A stretch of 64,000 nucleotides of DNA from Calditrichales bacterium (GCA_965267575.1 OZ254086.1:4480001-4544000), one strand, 5' to 3'. Positions 19,298 to 29,797 are shown, numbered from the stretch's first letter. Program-made: numbers and translations. Notes: generated by a model from the sequence alone, not told the origin.

Positions 19298-20533
19298 ATG
19301 CACACCCCGATTAGTAACGCAATTAAATGGATTTTCTTTTTATCGCTTTTCATTATGTCTGCCTGCAGTGAAAACGAGGACAACCCGACCGGACCGGGCG
19401 ATTCCGTGGACGGCATAACCTTGTCGTTCAAAACAACCGGTGACGCGGAAACAGAATATCTCATCACCCGCGAAGATATTATGGCAGGTGAAATCTCCGC
19501 GGAGGGCGTTGGCATTGAGCAAACAGGCTGGAGATTTTATTATCCCGTAGGCAAAACCCTGTTCGCTTCCGGCTATAGCGAAGACAACCAATGTGCCGCC
19601 TATAGCAATGACGGCAGCGGAGGTTTATCCAAGAAGGGCCAGTTTATTTTTGAGAACGCTCTGGAGATGTTCGGTCACTCCGATGATAACCAGACTTTGC
19701 TGGCCATGGAAATTCCGCGTGCCGGATTCGCCAATCGTCGGCTGCATTTTGTGGATGTGAACACCGCATTTGTCACCAAAATTGTAGGTACACGCATATT
19801 TGAATCCACAAACGATTCACTCATTGCCTGGCCGACTGCCTTGCAGGTTCGCGGAGACAAACTGTTCGTGCCGTTCCACAAGCTGGATGCGCGCGGCTGG
19901 TTCACAACACCGCGGGCCGACAGCGCCTTCGTGGCCGTATATGACTACCCTGAAGTTGGTGCTGAACCTATAAAAATTATTTCCGACGGACGCACTTCAA
20001 ACATCGGTGTGAACGGGGCAACAACCGGGTTGATAGAAACCGAAAGCGGCGATCTTTACTCTTTCTCCTGTGGCGCGGAGATGGCCGGGTTCGCGCCTGC
20101 CGCGACCAAGCCTTCCGGCATCTTGCGTATTAACGCAGGCGAAACCGAATTTGACTCAAACTACTTCTTTAATATAGAAGCCGCTACGAATGGTGGTAAA
20201 ATTTTCTGGTTCGATTATATAGGCGGTAACAAAGCCATCGCGCGCATTCTGACCGACGATAATGGCGGCGCGTGGGCCGCGTACGGCAGAAGCGTATTTA
20301 ACCAAAAGCTGGTGATCATAGACCTGGTAAGCCAAACGGTTACCGATGTGGCCAACGTGCCGCTGCATGCCAAGCGTTACACTTCGCCGGTGTTGGTTGA
20401 AGACGGCAAGGTTTACGTAAGCATCGAAACGGCCGGAGAAGCCCATGTCTACCAGGTGGACATCGCCACGGCGACGGCCACAAAAGGCGCTAAAATCAAC
20501 GGCAAAACGATCAAAGGTTTTTACAGACTGTAA
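19298..20533 (+). CDS. DUF4374-family lipoprotein
   Basis: Lipobox MSAC; EYLIT..GEISAEG.GIEQ, KPSGILRI..GETEFDSNYFFN; lies between a TonB receptor and a PepSY gene. Confidence 0.8.
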   Translation: MHTPISNAIKWIFFLSLFIMSACSENEDNPTGPGDSVDGITLSFKTTGDAETEYLITREDIMAGEISAEGVGIEQTGWRFYYPVGKTLFASGYSEDNQCAAYSNDGSGGLSKKGQFIFENALEMFGHSDDNQTLLAMEIPRAGFANRRLHFVDVNTAFVTKIVGTRIFESTNDSLIAWPTALQVRGDKLFVPFHKLDARGWFTTPRADSAFVAVYDYPEVGAEPIKIISDGRTSNIGVNGATTGLIETESGDLYSFSCGAEMAGFAPAATKPSGILRINAGETEFDSNYFFNIEAATNGGKIFWFDYIGGNKAIARILTDDNGGAWAAYGRSVFNQKLVIIDLVSQTVTDVANVPLHAKRYTSPVLVEDGKVYVSIETAGEAHVYQVDIATATATKGAKINGKTIKGFYRL

Positions 20534-20576
20534 GCTGAAAACGGAGGGGGAGTGTTAGCGCACTCCCCTGTTTATT

Positions 20577-21752
20577 ATGAGCGGAAAAAGTAATTTTAAA
20601 AAGTTAGTTCTAAAGCTGCACGAAATTCTGGGCTTATCAACAGGTTTGGTGGTTTTTATTGTGTCAATAACCGGCTGTCTGTGGGTTTTTCAGGAAGAAA
20701 TCGGCGCGTTGCTGTCTGACGAACAGACCTTTGAAGTACAGGATGCGCCGCTTGTCACAGCAACACGGGCCAAAGAGATAGCGTCGGATGTCTTTCCCGG
20801 GAAAAATGTACATGGCGCCCTCTATGGCCGGCCGGGAGAAGCGGTAGAAGTCATCTTTTACGAAGAGAAGCCCGAATTTTACCGCAGCGTTTACCTGCAC
20901 CCCTATTCCGGTGAGATCGTCAAAACAGAGGATCACGAAGCTGGCTTTTTCCATTTTGTGCTGGAAGGCCACATGCACCTGTGGCTGCCTGAGGAAATCG
21001 GCAGCGAGATTGTCGGTGTGTCCGTGCTGCTCTTTCTGATTATCCTGGTATCCGGCCTGATTTTGTGGTGGCCAAAGAAGAGCAATCGCCGACAGAGGCT
21101 GAAATTCAGCTGGAAAAAATCAACCGGTTGGAAGAGGAAAAACTTTGACCTGCACGCCATCACCGGGTTTTATGTTTACGCGCTGGCCTTTATCATAGCC
21201 TTTACCGGCTGCGTGATGACCTATGATTGGCTGCATAAGTCCGTTTACAAAACGGTCGGCGGCGACAGATATCCTTTCTTTACCATTCCGGAAAATATCC
21301 ATTCCGCACCAAGACAAGCGGTTGCCGCTGGAATTCCGATGGATCGCCTGGTGCCTCTTCTGCAATCCGAAAACCCAAATGCCGTGGGCATTGAAATCCA
21401 CTATCCGCACACGGATTCGTCCAGCATTTACGTGGAAATATCGCACCAGGAGGGCGTTTACTACAGCTCCGATTACCGCTTTTTTGATCAGCATACGCTT
21501 GCTGAGATTGAGACGCCCGATCTGTACGGTCGCTACGCCGAAGCCGGTTTCGCGGAGAAAGTTATCCGCATGAATTATGATATCCATGTGGGTGCGATTG
21601 GCGGTTTGCCCGGTAAGATTATCGCTTTCCTTGCCAGCCTGCTGACGGCATCGCTGCCCGTTAGCGGTGCCTTGTACTGGTATGGCAAGCGTTTTAAAAA
21701 GAGGAAAACACACAGCACGAGATCAGAATACTCCAACACCTTAACACCCTAA
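20577..21752 (+). CDS. PepSY-associated TM helix protein
   Basis: KLHEILGL...SITGC, GHMHLWL, SGLILWWP, DLHAITGFY, YDIHVG. Confidence 0.92.
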   Translation: MSGKSNFKKLVLKLHEILGLSTGLVVFIVSITGCLWVFQEEIGALLSDEQTFEVQDAPLVTATRAKEIASDVFPGKNVHGALYGRPGEAVEVIFYEEKPEFYRSVYLHPYSGEIVKTEDHEAGFFHFVLEGHMHLWLPEEIGSEIVGVSVLLFLIILVSGLILWWPKKSNRRQRLKFSWKKSTGWKRKNFDLHAITGFYVYALAFIIAFTGCVMTYDWLHKSVYKTVGGDRYPFFTIPENIHSAPRQAVAAGIPMDRLVPLLQSENPNAVGIEIHYPHTDSSSIYVEISHQEGVYYSSDYRFFDQHTLAEIETPDLYGRYAEAGFAEKVIRMNYDIHVGAIGGLPGKIIAFLASLLTASLPVSGALYWYGKRFKKRKTHSTRSEYSNTLTP

Positions 21753-21828
21753 AACGTTAACACCCCCTTAATGCGTCAACAAGCGGAAGAATGGTTTACG
21801 TGCTAACCTTCTTCCGCTTTTTTATTTT
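21735..21828 (+). repeat. ~95-bp direct repeat copy 2 containing an intrinsic terminator
   Basis: Same stem aagcggaagaa/ttcttccgctt and same AACAC-rich upstream tract as 16712-16807. Confidence 0.85.
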
Positions 21829-21933
21829 TTTGTGAAAAGTATAAGGGCCAAAAATTGAATTAAACTTAAACAGTCTTTCAAAAAATAGTTATAGTTTGTA
21901 GATTACGAGAACTAAATAAAAAGAGGATTTAAT

Positions 21934-22188
21934 ATGTTAATTAAAATTGATTATCAATATGATATAACAGGCACACTAGGGAATAACGAAGAACGCGAAC
22001 AAAAAGAAATACAGAGTTCAGTCGAAGTGTCCGTTGAAGAGGATTGGGACTACGATGAAGTTTTTGTCTATACACAAGCTTTTGAAGGTGCACTTAATCA
22101 TTTTTATACTTTTCATATAGAAAAGCCGATGCAATCTCTTAGAGATATTAAGATTCATATCAAAGACGTTGATGTAAAATATCTATAA
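21934..22188 (+). CDS. Small acidic hypothetical protein
   Basis: 84-aa ORF with agagga RBS in an AT-rich segment. Confidence 0.55.
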   Translation: MLIKIDYQYDITGTLGNNEEREQKEIQSSVEVSVEEDWDYDEVFVYTQAFEGALNHFYTFHIEKPMQSLRDIKIHIKDVDVKYL

Positions 22189-22424
22189 AAATTGCTGATT
22201 TTTTTATCATGCTAGAGACTTATCAACGTTGCTAAGTCTCTTGTAATAACATGTTGTGTGGTGACTAGTAATGTTTATGCCGGATTCGTTTATATGACGC
22301 TTCCGGTGAGCATGTCCATTGTGGGAACGATTTACGGCAATAAGGTGGAGAAACTACAGAAATAAGGAATTGCAAACCCTGGTTTATGTCAGTACAATAT
22401 AAAAATGAGAAGTGGGAATAAATC

Positions 22425-22643
22425 ATGTATAAAGCCAAAAAAATTAAGCCCAAATTTATTACCGACAAAGACGGCAATAAGGTAGAGGTAATTTTACCAA
22501 TAGAAGTTTATAAACAGCTCCTGGAAGATATTGAAGATCTTGCTGTACGCGCAGACAGAATTGATGACGGAATAATAACTCATGAAGAACTTCTAGAGGA
22601 CCTCAAAGCAGATGGCATCATCAATGGAATAAAGGTGCTGTAA
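22425..22643 (+). CDS. Putative type II antitoxin
   Basis: FITDKDGNKVEVILPIEVYKQLLEDIEDL pattern; directly upstream of a RelE-like frame. Confidence 0.75.
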   Translation: MYKAKKIKPKFITDKDGNKVEVILPIEVYKQLLEDIEDLAVRADRIDDGIITHEELLEDLKADGIINGIKVL

Positions 22644-22864
22644 AAGACCTCAAGAAGGTCCACAAAATAAAAATCAGACAAATCATCAAAGCTGTTGAGG
22701 ATTTATCTGAGGACCCGTTTTCAAAAAAAGCCAAAAAACTAACAGGTTCAAAAAACACATATCGAATCCGCATAGGTGATTACAGAATTATCTATGACGT
22801 TTTTGAACAAAAACTAATAGTATTAATTATCCGCGTTAAGCACAGAAAAGACGCATATAGCTAA
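22612..22864 (+). pseudogene. RelE/ParE-family toxin, frameshifted just after the start codon
   Basis: Frame from 22622 reads QWNKGAVKDLKK...KKLTGSKNTYRIRIGDYRIIY...VKHRKDAYS*. The ATG at 22612 is out of frame and no in-frame start exists. Confidence 0.85.
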
Positions 22865-22866
22865 AC

Positions 22867-23466
22867 TTACTTCCTGTGCCTCTTCTCCAAAACATCAGCA
22901 ATGTGCGACAGGCGTAAATCCCGTTTATTGAGCAGTAACAGCAAGTGGTAGATCAAATCGGCGCACTCTTCTTTCAGCGCCTTATCATCCCCCATCACCG
23001 CGTCTATGACCACCTCCGTGGCCTCTTCCCCAACCTTCTGGGCAATCTTACCCAGGCCTCGTCCAAACAGCTTGGCAGTGTATGATTCTTCCGGGTTCGC
23101 TTTTTTGCGTGTCTCAATAATGTGCTCCAGCTCTTCCAGGAAAAAGATACCTTCGCGCGGATTTTTCTCGTTGAAGCAGGTATCAGCGCCGGTATGGCAT
23201 ACCGGGCCCGTGGGTTCTACCTTAATCAGAATGGTGTCGTGGTCGCAGTCGGCCTTCATTTCACGCAGCAGCAACTCGTTGCCGGAGGTTTCTCCTTTGG
23301 TCCACAGCTCGTTGCGCGAGCGCGAATAGAAGGTCACTTTACCTGTATCACGCGTTTTTTCAAAGGCTTCTTCGTTCATATAGCCGAGCATCAACACGCG
23401 ACCGGTGTGACAATCCTGGATAACCGCCGGAACAAGACCGTTTTGTTTTTCAAAATCAACTTTCAT
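22867..23466 (-). CDS. hisIE: Bifunctional phosphoribosyl-AMP cyclohydrolase/phosphoribosyl-ATP pyrophosphatase
   Basis: [34 protein letters not shown]. Confidence 0.97.
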   Translation of the reverse strand: MKVDFEKQNGLVPAVIQDCHTGRVLMLGYMNEEAFEKTRDTGKVTFYSRSRNELWTKGETSGNELLLREMKADCDHDTILIKVEPTGPVCHTGADTCFNEKNPREGIFFLEELEHIIETRKKANPEESYTAKLFGRGLGKIAQKVGEEATEVVIDAVMGDDKALKEECADLIYHLLLLLNKRDLRLSHIADVLEKRHRK

Positions 23467-24220
23467 AACGCACCGTAATGTTTTGTTGTTGTAAGTATTT
23501 TTTTAAATCAGGGATCGGGATTTCGCCAAAGTGAAAAACACTGGCCGCTAAGGCCGCGTCAGCGCTGGCGTCACGGAAAACGTCGCGGAAATGTTCAGAC
23601 TTTCCCGCACCACCGGAGGCGATCACCGGCACCGGCACCTGCTCCGACACCTTCCGGGTTAACTCAATGGCGAAACCTTTTTTGGTGCCGTCATGCTCCA
23701 TAGACGTCAACAGGATCTCTCCCGCGCCGCGTTCGGCTCCCTCAAGCGCCCACTCCATTACTTTTTTATCTGTCGGTGTCCGCCCGCCGTCCAGGTAAAC
23801 ATACCACCGGCCGTCCTTCTCCAAACGGGCATCGATCGCCAGTACGACGCACTGGTTGCCAAAATGGCGCGCCATTTCATCCAGCATAGCCGGATTGCGT
23901 ACAGCAGCAGAATTTATGCTGATCTTGTCCGCCCCGCAATCCAATAAACGGGCAACATCGTCTACCGTGCGGATACCGCCGCCAACCGTAAACGGAATAT
24001 TGAGCGTTTCGGCGATGCGCGTTACCAGTTCGGCAAAGGTGTTACGGCCTTCAACCGTCGCGGTGATATCCAGAAAAACCACCTCATCCGCGCCCTGGCG
24101 ACTGTATGCCGCGCCCAGTTCCACCGGGTCACCGGCATCGCGCAGGCTTACAAAATTGACGCCCTTTACCGTGCGTCCGTTCCTGATATCCAGGCAGGGA
24201 ATAATGCGCCGGGTCAGCAT
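23456..24220 (-). CDS. hisF: Imidazole glycerol phosphate synthase cyclase subunit
   Basis: [33 protein letters not shown]. Confidence 0.98.
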   Translation of the reverse strand: MLTRRIIPCLDIRNGRTVKGVNFVSLRDAGDPVELGAAYSRQGADEVVFLDITATVEGRNTFAELVTRIAETLNIPFTVGGGIRTVDDVARLLDCGADKISINSAAVRNPAMLDEMARHFGNQCVVLAIDARLEKDGRWYVYLDGGRTPTDKKVMEWALEGAERGAGEILLTSMEHDGTKKGFAIELTRKVSEQVPVPVIASGGAGKSEHFRDVFRDASADAALAASVFHFGEIPIPDLKKYLQQQNITVRYES

Positions 24221-24933
24221 AAATCGGCAAGCTCCTTCAGTGTAATTTTTCCCTCATACAACGCTTTGCCGAAAATTACACCATCGATACCCATTTTGTC
24301 CAGCTTTTGGATTTCTTCCACCGAACTGATACCGCCCGAGGCGATCACCTTCATCTCCGGGAAGCGCTCTTTTATGGCGCCGTAAAGTTCATAGGCCGGC
24401 CCTGTCAAAAGACCATCCCGGCTGATATCCGTGCAGATGACGGTGCGCAGGCCAAACTTATAATACCCGCTGATAAACTCGAACAGGTCTTTATCGGTCT
24501 GCTCCTGCCAACCGGAAATGGCGATCTTGCCATCGCGCACATCGGCACCCAGGATAATGCGTTCCGCTCCGAACATTTCCACCCAGGAACGGACGACGAT
24601 CGGTTTGCGCACGGCGATGCTGCCGGCAATCACCTGGTCCGCGCCGCATTCAAAAGCGGTGCGAATGTCTTTGTTGGATTGTATGCCTCCGCCAAAGTCA
24701 ATCTTCAGCCTGGTTTGCTCGGAGATAAACTGCAACACCTGCCAGTTGACAATGCGCCGCTGGCGGGCACCGTCGAGATCCACAATGTGCACGCGCTTTA
24801 TACCGTGTTCCTGAAAACGACGCGCCATAACCAAAGGATCAATCTCGTACTCGGTTTTGCGCTCAAAATCGCCCTGCTCCAGGCGCACGCACTTACCGTC
24901 AATAATATCAATAGCGGGGATAAGTTCAATCAT
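24214..24933 (-). CDS. hisA: ProFAR isomerase
   Basis: [35 protein letters not shown]. Confidence 0.98.
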   Translation of the reverse strand: MIELIPAIDIIDGKCVRLEQGDFERKTEYEIDPLVMARRFQEHGIKRVHIVDLDGARQRRIVNWQVLQFISEQTRLKIDFGGGIQSNKDIRTAFECGADQVIAGSIAVRKPIVVRSWVEMFGAERIILGADVRDGKIAISGWQEQTDKDLFEFISGYYKFGLRTVICTDISRDGLLTGPAYELYGAIKERFPEMKVIASGGISSVEEIQKLDKMGIDGVIFGKALYEGKITLKELADLC

Positions 24934-25511
24934 AGCTCTAAAAAGTTCCTTAAAAGTTTTTCGCCGTTGGCCGCGCTTTTTTCCGGATGAAACTGCACGG
25001 CGTAATAATTATTGTGTTGCAGCGCGGCGCTGAATGTCAACCCGTATGCGCAGCGCGCGATGCAATCGTCGTGAAGCTCGGCATAGTAGCTGTGCACAAA
25101 GTAGAAGTAGCTGCCGTCGCCCAGCCCATCAAACAATCTTCCCGAAACGTTTTCCACGCTGTTCCAGCCCATATGCGGGATTTTCAGGCCGGATGGAAAT
25201 TTTTTCACATCCGCCGGAAACAGGTTCAACATATCGGTGTTTCCTTCTTCACTGTGGCGGCACATAAGCTGCAGCCCCAGGCAAATGCCCAGAAAAGGTT
25301 GCGTCAGATCGCCAAGCAGTGTGTCGAGATTGCGCTCCCGCAAATAGCGCATGGCACTGGCCGCTTCACCCTGGCCGGGAAAAACCACCTTGTCCGCCGC
25401 GCGGATCTCAGCGGGGTCATCGCTCACCCGGGCCTCTATGCCGAGACGCTTAAAAGCCAGCTTTACCGAATGGATATTCCCGGCGTTGTATTTTACAATC
25501 ACCAGCTTCAT
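24930..25511 (-). CDS. hisH: Imidazole glycerol phosphate synthase glutaminase subunit
   Basis: GICLGLQ, PHMGWN, YFVHSY, QFHPEKS. Confidence 0.98.
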   Translation of the reverse strand: MKLVIVKYNAGNIHSVKLAFKRLGIEARVSDDPAEIRAADKVVFPGQGEAASAMRYLRERNLDTLLGDLTQPFLGICLGLQLMCRHSEEGNTDMLNLFPADVKKFPSGLKIPHMGWNSVENVSGRLFDGLGDGSYFYFVHSYYAELHDDCIARCAYGLTFSAALQHNNYYAVQFHPEKSAANGEKLLRNFLEL

Positions 25512-26479
25512 AGCAATTCCTTGGTGCTGGGAATCCGCGGATCATCGGGGTCGCGACGGATGGCCATGCGGATGGCCCGCGCCAGACCTTTAAAGGCCGC
25601 TTCAATTTTATGGTGCTCGTTATCGCCTTCCACTTTTATCAAAATGTTGCAGCGGCCGTTATCGCAAAAGGCTTTAAAAAAGTGGCGGAACATTTCCGTG
25701 GGCATATCACCCACCATTTCACGCTTAAACTCCGCCTGCCAGATCAGATCGCTGCGCCCGGAAAAATCAATGGCCACGGTGGCATAACTCTCATCCATCG
25801 GCAAGACAAAACCGTAGCGCTCCAGCCCGGCTTTATCGGTCAGGCATTTGGCAAAGGCCTGTCCCAAAACAATCGCCGTATCTTCGATTGTGTGGTGTTC
25901 GTCCACGTGCAGATCGCCGTCCACTTTCAGCTCCAGGTCGATACCGGAGTGGCGCGTGAACAGCTCCAGCATGTGGTCAAAAAAGCCCAGGCCGGTACTG
26001 ATCTTGGCCGCACCGGAACCATCCAGATTCAGCACTGCTTTTATTTTGGTTTCAGCGGTGTTGCGTTCAACGCGCGCTTTTCTTGCGGGCAAAACCAGCT
26101 GGCGGTAAAGTTCATTCCAATCGTTAACCTGCTTTACACCTTCCGCGCTGCATAAGCCCAGGCAAAATGTGCGTACACCGCGGTTCGCGGCTTCTTCGCA
26201 TTGCTCGCTGCCGGCCACAAAAACCGTTTGGGCAGAATCATATTTTTTAAGGTCACCCCATGCCCGGCAAACAGCGACATCGCCGCAGCCTTCCGCCTTC
26301 AGGGCGGCCGCTAAAAATCCGGCTTGCTCTTTATTGACGCCGGTTGCGCTAAATAACAATACCCGGCAATTCAGCCTGGAAACAATCCTGCCAATGGCCG
26401 AAAACACCCCGCTGCGGAACGCCTTTTCTTTACCGGGCAACATTATCGCGCTGTTTTCTATGATGATTGTTTGTATCAT
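25508..26479 (-). CDS. hisB: Imidazoleglycerol-phosphate dehydratase with a degenerate N-terminal HAD-like domain
   Basis: TGLGFFDHML, DEHHTIED, PMDE, NEHHKIEA; ~130-aa N-terminal extension without DxDGT. Confidence 0.93.
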   Translation of the reverse strand: MIQTIIIENSAIMLPGKEKAFRSGVFSAIGRIVSRLNCRVLLFSATGVNKEQAGFLAAALKAEGCGDVAVCRAWGDLKKYDSAQTVFVAGSEQCEEAANRGVRTFCLGLCSAEGVKQVNDWNELYRQLVLPARKARVERNTAETKIKAVLNLDGSGAAKISTGLGFFDHMLELFTRHSGIDLELKVDGDLHVDEHHTIEDTAIVLGQAFAKCLTDKAGLERYGFVLPMDESYATVAIDFSGRSDLIWQAEFKREMVGDMPTEMFRHFFKAFCDNGRCNILIKVEGDNEHHKIEAAFKGLARAIRMAIRRDPDDPRIPSTKELL

Positions 26480-26548
26480 TATTTATCCTGATAGGTCATA
26501 TGGTCCTGGAGTCTAGGAGTCCGGAAGTCTGGGAGACTTTAAATCTTA

Positions 26549-27598
26549 TCATGATCCCATTTTCTCCAACTCGCTGAGCAGCACGTCATTTTCCGCCGGG
26601 CTGCCAACCGTGATGCGCAGACAGTTTTTGCAGCGCGGCAAGCTAGAACGGTCGCGCACGATTACGCCGGTATGACGCAACGTTTCAAACACCTTTTTAC
26701 TTTGCTTAAAGCGCACCAGCAAAAAGTTGGCCGCGCTGGGAAACACTTTTTCCACCATGGGCATGTACGGCAGCCGCTGCTCCAGCTTCACGCGTTCGCT
26801 CAGGATGTCATCAACCATTTTTTGCATCCGCCCGCGATTGGCCAGGGCCTGCAAGGCCTGGCGCTGCGTCGCTTCATTCACATTGTAGGGATACTTCACC
26901 TTATTCATAAAACCGCTAATCATGGGATCGCCAAAAGCCATACCCAAACGCAAACCGGCCATGCCCCAGGCCTTGGAAAAAGTCTGTAAAATGACAAGAT
27001 TTTCGTATTCCTTCACCCATGGCAGCAAGCTCTTATCCGGACAAAAATCGATGTACGCCTCATCCACTACCACGACACCCGCAAATTTTTGCAGCAGTTC
27101 CAGCACGGCCTCCGGCTTCATCAGGTTGGCCGACGGATTGTTGGGCGAACAGAGAATAATGATCTTGCTTTTATCATCGGCTTTGTCCAGTACAAGGGCC
27201 GGGTCTACATCGAAATTTTCATCCAGCAAAAAGGTGCGCACTTCGAGATCGTTAACATCGGCACAAACGCGGTACATACCGTAGGAGGGCTCGGGGATGA
27301 TGACGTTGTCCGTCCCCGGTGTGCCGAAAACACGCATCAGCACGTCGATGGCCTCGTCGCTGCCATTGCCGAGAAAAATATATTCGGGACCGATGTCCTT
27401 TTGCTGCGCCAGCCGCTGCTTCACTTCAGTCTGGTTGGGATCGGGATAGCGGTTGTAATGCTGCTCGGTTACGGAGCCAAGGGCATTCTCATTAGCATCA
27501 AGGTAAACCGACGCTTTACCGGTAAATTCATGGCGTGCCGTGGCGTAGGGTTTCAGCCGGCGCACATTGGGCCGCACCAGGTCAATCAGCGCCATCAA
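26549..27598 (-). CDS. hisC: Histidinol-phosphate aminotransferase
   Basis: LDANEN, RYPDP, GNGSDE, PNNP, DEAY, TFSKAWGMAGLRLG. Confidence 0.97.
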   Translation of the reverse strand: MMALIDLVRPNVRRLKPYATARHEFTGKASVYLDANENALGSVTEQHYNRYPDPNQTEVKQRLAQQKDIGPEYIFLGNGSDEAIDVLMRVFGTPGTDNVIIPEPSYGMYRVCADVNDLEVRTFLLDENFDVDPALVLDKADDKSKIIILCSPNNPSANLMKPEAVLELLQKFAGVVVVDEAYIDFCPDKSLLPWVKEYENLVILQTFSKAWGMAGLRLGMAFGDPMISGFMNKVKYPYNVNEATQRQALQALANRGRMQKMVDDILSERVKLEQRLPYMPMVEKVFPSAANFLLVRFKQSKKVFETLRHTGVIVRDRSSLPRCKNCLRITVGSPAENDVLLSELEKMGS

Positions 27599-28884
27599 CG
27601 GGCTCCTTTCAGATTACGCAAACGCACGGTTACGGAGTTTTTGTGTCCCTGCAGCTGCTCCGCTTGGGCCATCGTCTCCACCGCGGGGCCCAATCTTTTT
27701 AATCCGATATCGCTGATCTTCTGGAAAGTTATCTTCTTGTAAAAACTGTCCAGGCTTACCCCGCTGAAAGCGACCGCACTGCCATTTGTCGGCAACGTGT
27801 GGTTGGTGCCCGAGGCATAATCACCGGCCGCTTCCGGCGTAAGCGCGCCTACAAAAACGGAGCCGGCATTCACCACACGCATGGCCAGTTCTTCGGCACT
27901 ATGGGCGTTCAGGATCAAATGTTCCGGCGCGTAATAATTGCTGAACAGTATGGCTTCCTCCAGATCGTGCAGCAGCACAAAACGGCTGTTCTTTAATGCT
28001 TTATCGGCGATTGTTTTTCTGGGGAGATCGGCAAGTTGGGCGGATACTTCCTTTTGCGCCTCCAGCAGCAGCTTCTCCGAGTCACTCACCAGCAGCACCT
28101 GGCTGTCCGGGCCGTGCTCCGCCTGCGCCAGAAGATCCGCGGCAATGTAGGCCGTATTGGCCTCTCCGTCTGCAATAATCAGGACCTCCGAAGGACCCGC
28201 CGGCATATCGATGGCGATGCCCTGCGCGGACAGCTTCTGCTTTGCCAGCGTCACGTAGCGGTTGCCCGGACCAAAAATCTTGTTTACACGGCCGATCGTT
28301 TCGGTTCCAAAACCCAGCGCGGCGATAGCCTGGGCACCACCGGCCCTGTAAATTTCCGTCACGCCGGCCAGTTTGGCGCTGTATAAAATCGCCGGGTCGA
28401 TTGTACCATCGGCAGAAGGCGGCGTTACCAGCACCCGCCGCGGGCATCCGGCCAGCTCCGCCGGGATGGCCAGCATTAAAACAGTGGAAAAAAGCGGCGC
28501 GCTGCCACCGGGGATATACAGTCCCACCGCATCGACAGGCACGCTTTTGCGCCAGCAGCTTACCCCCTTCATCGTTTCCACAACGCGCACGGGCTCCTGC
28601 TGCAATTCATGAAACTGGCGGATGTTGTCGGCAGCCACGCCAATGGCTTGTTTAAGTTCTTCGGCGACTTGTGAAGCACCTGCGTCCCACTCGGTTTCGG
28701 AAACGGCCAACGGTCCGTCATAGCCGTCAAGCTTTTTATTCAGTGCAATAAGGGCCTGGTCACCCTCCTTGCGTACACGCTTCATTATATCGTTAACGGC
28801 CTGCTCGATATCCTCCGCGTCAAAATCGGGCCGGCGGCATAGCGCGGGCCATTCATCTTTTTCGGGATAGCGTATGATTTCCAT
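27595..28884 (-). CDS. hisD: Histidinol dehydrogenase
   Basis: GLYIPGG, GPGN, DMPAGPSE, QAEHG, APEHL, GDYASGTNHTLPT; ATG at 28884 after aggag. Confidence 0.97.
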   Translation of the reverse strand: MEIIRYPEKDEWPALCRRPDFDAEDIEQAVNDIMKRVRKEGDQALIALNKKLDGYDGPLAVSETEWDAGASQVAEELKQAIGVAADNIRQFHELQQEPVRVVETMKGVSCWRKSVPVDAVGLYIPGGSAPLFSTVLMLAIPAELAGCPRRVLVTPPSADGTIDPAILYSAKLAGVTEIYRAGGAQAIAALGFGTETIGRVNKIFGPGNRYVTLAKQKLSAQGIAIDMPAGPSEVLIIADGEANTAYIAADLLAQAEHGPDSQVLLVSDSEKLLLEAQKEVSAQLADLPRKTIADKALKNSRFVLLHDLEEAILFSNYYAPEHLILNAHSAEELAMRVVNAGSVFVGALTPEAAGDYASGTNHTLPTNGSAVAFSGVSLDSFYKKITFQKISDIGLKRLGPAVETMAQAEQLQGHKNSVTVRLRNLKGAR

Positions 28885-28924
28885 TTCAACTCCTGTTCCG
28901 GTCTCAGCCGGCAATTTCAAAATT

Positions 28925-29779
28925 TTATAAAATCATTTTTTCGATCGGTACAACCAGGATGCCCTGCGCCCCGGCCGATTTAAGCTTATCGATGTTTTCC
29001 CAGAATTCGTCCTCGCGGATCACCGAGTAAAGGGAACTCCAGCCGCTGGTGGCCAGTGGGGTGATGGTTGGACTTTTCATCCCCGGCAGCAGTGCGCATA
29101 TTTCATCCAGCTTATCGTTGGGCGCGTTCAATATAATGTATTTGTGGCTGCTGGCGCGCTGCACCGCCCGCAGCCGGAAAAGAAGGCGATCAATCAGCTT
29201 AAGCTTGCCTCCGTCCAGTTGCGGCGCCTGCACCATAACTGCTTCCGATTCCAGCACGGTGTAAACCTCCTTAAGCCCGTTGGTCATCAAGGTGCTGCCG
29301 GTACTCACAATATCAAAAATAGCATCACCGAGGCCAATCCCCGGGGCTATCTCTACAGAGCCGCTTATCTCATGGATCTCCGCCTTGAGATCGTGCCTGT
29401 CGAGAAAGCGCTTTAAAATCCGCGGATAACTTGTCGCGATCTTCATCCCGCCCAGGTCGTCCAAGCTTTTCCATTGCACCTGTTGCGGCACAGCAAGCGA
29501 CAACCGGCAGCGCGCGAAACCCAGCCGCTCGGCAATCGACAATTTAAAGCCTTTTTCCAACAGCGTATTCTCGCCCACAATACCAATATCGGCGATACCG
29601 TCATTGACGCATTCCGGGATATCGTCATCACGCAGGTAAAGGGTTTGCAGCGGGAAATTGCGTGCCGTGCTTTTTAGCTTACCCTTGCCGTTGTAGTTAA
29701 ACTTAATGCCGCACTCTTTCAGCAGCGCGTTGGTCTGTTCGCTTAACCTTCCTGATTTTTGAACCGCCAGTGTGATCAT
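28925..29779 (-). CDS. hisG: ATP phosphoribosyltransferase (long form)
   Basis: AVQKSGRL, RDDDIP, IATSYP, GSVEIAP, DIVSTGSTL; C-terminal regulatory domain. Confidence 0.98.
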   Translation of the reverse strand: MITLAVQKSGRLSEQTNALLKECGIKFNYNGKGKLKSTARNFPLQTLYLRDDDIPECVNDGIADIGIVGENTLLEKGFKLSIAERLGFARCRLSLAVPQQVQWKSLDDLGGMKIATSYPRILKRFLDRHDLKAEIHEISGSVEIAPGIGLGDAIFDIVSTGSTLMTNGLKEVYTVLESEAVMVQAPQLDGGKLKLIDRLLFRLRAVQRASSHKYIILNAPNDKLDEICALLPGMKSPTITPLATSGWSSLYSVIREDEFWENIDKLKSAGAQGILVVPIEKMIL

Positions 29780-29797
29780 TGCTTTTCTCCTTAAAAC

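Noticed and set aside
22241..22330. tRNA fragment or att site beside the palindrome
   Set aside because: No T-arm (GTTCRA) or acceptor-end pattern on either strand.
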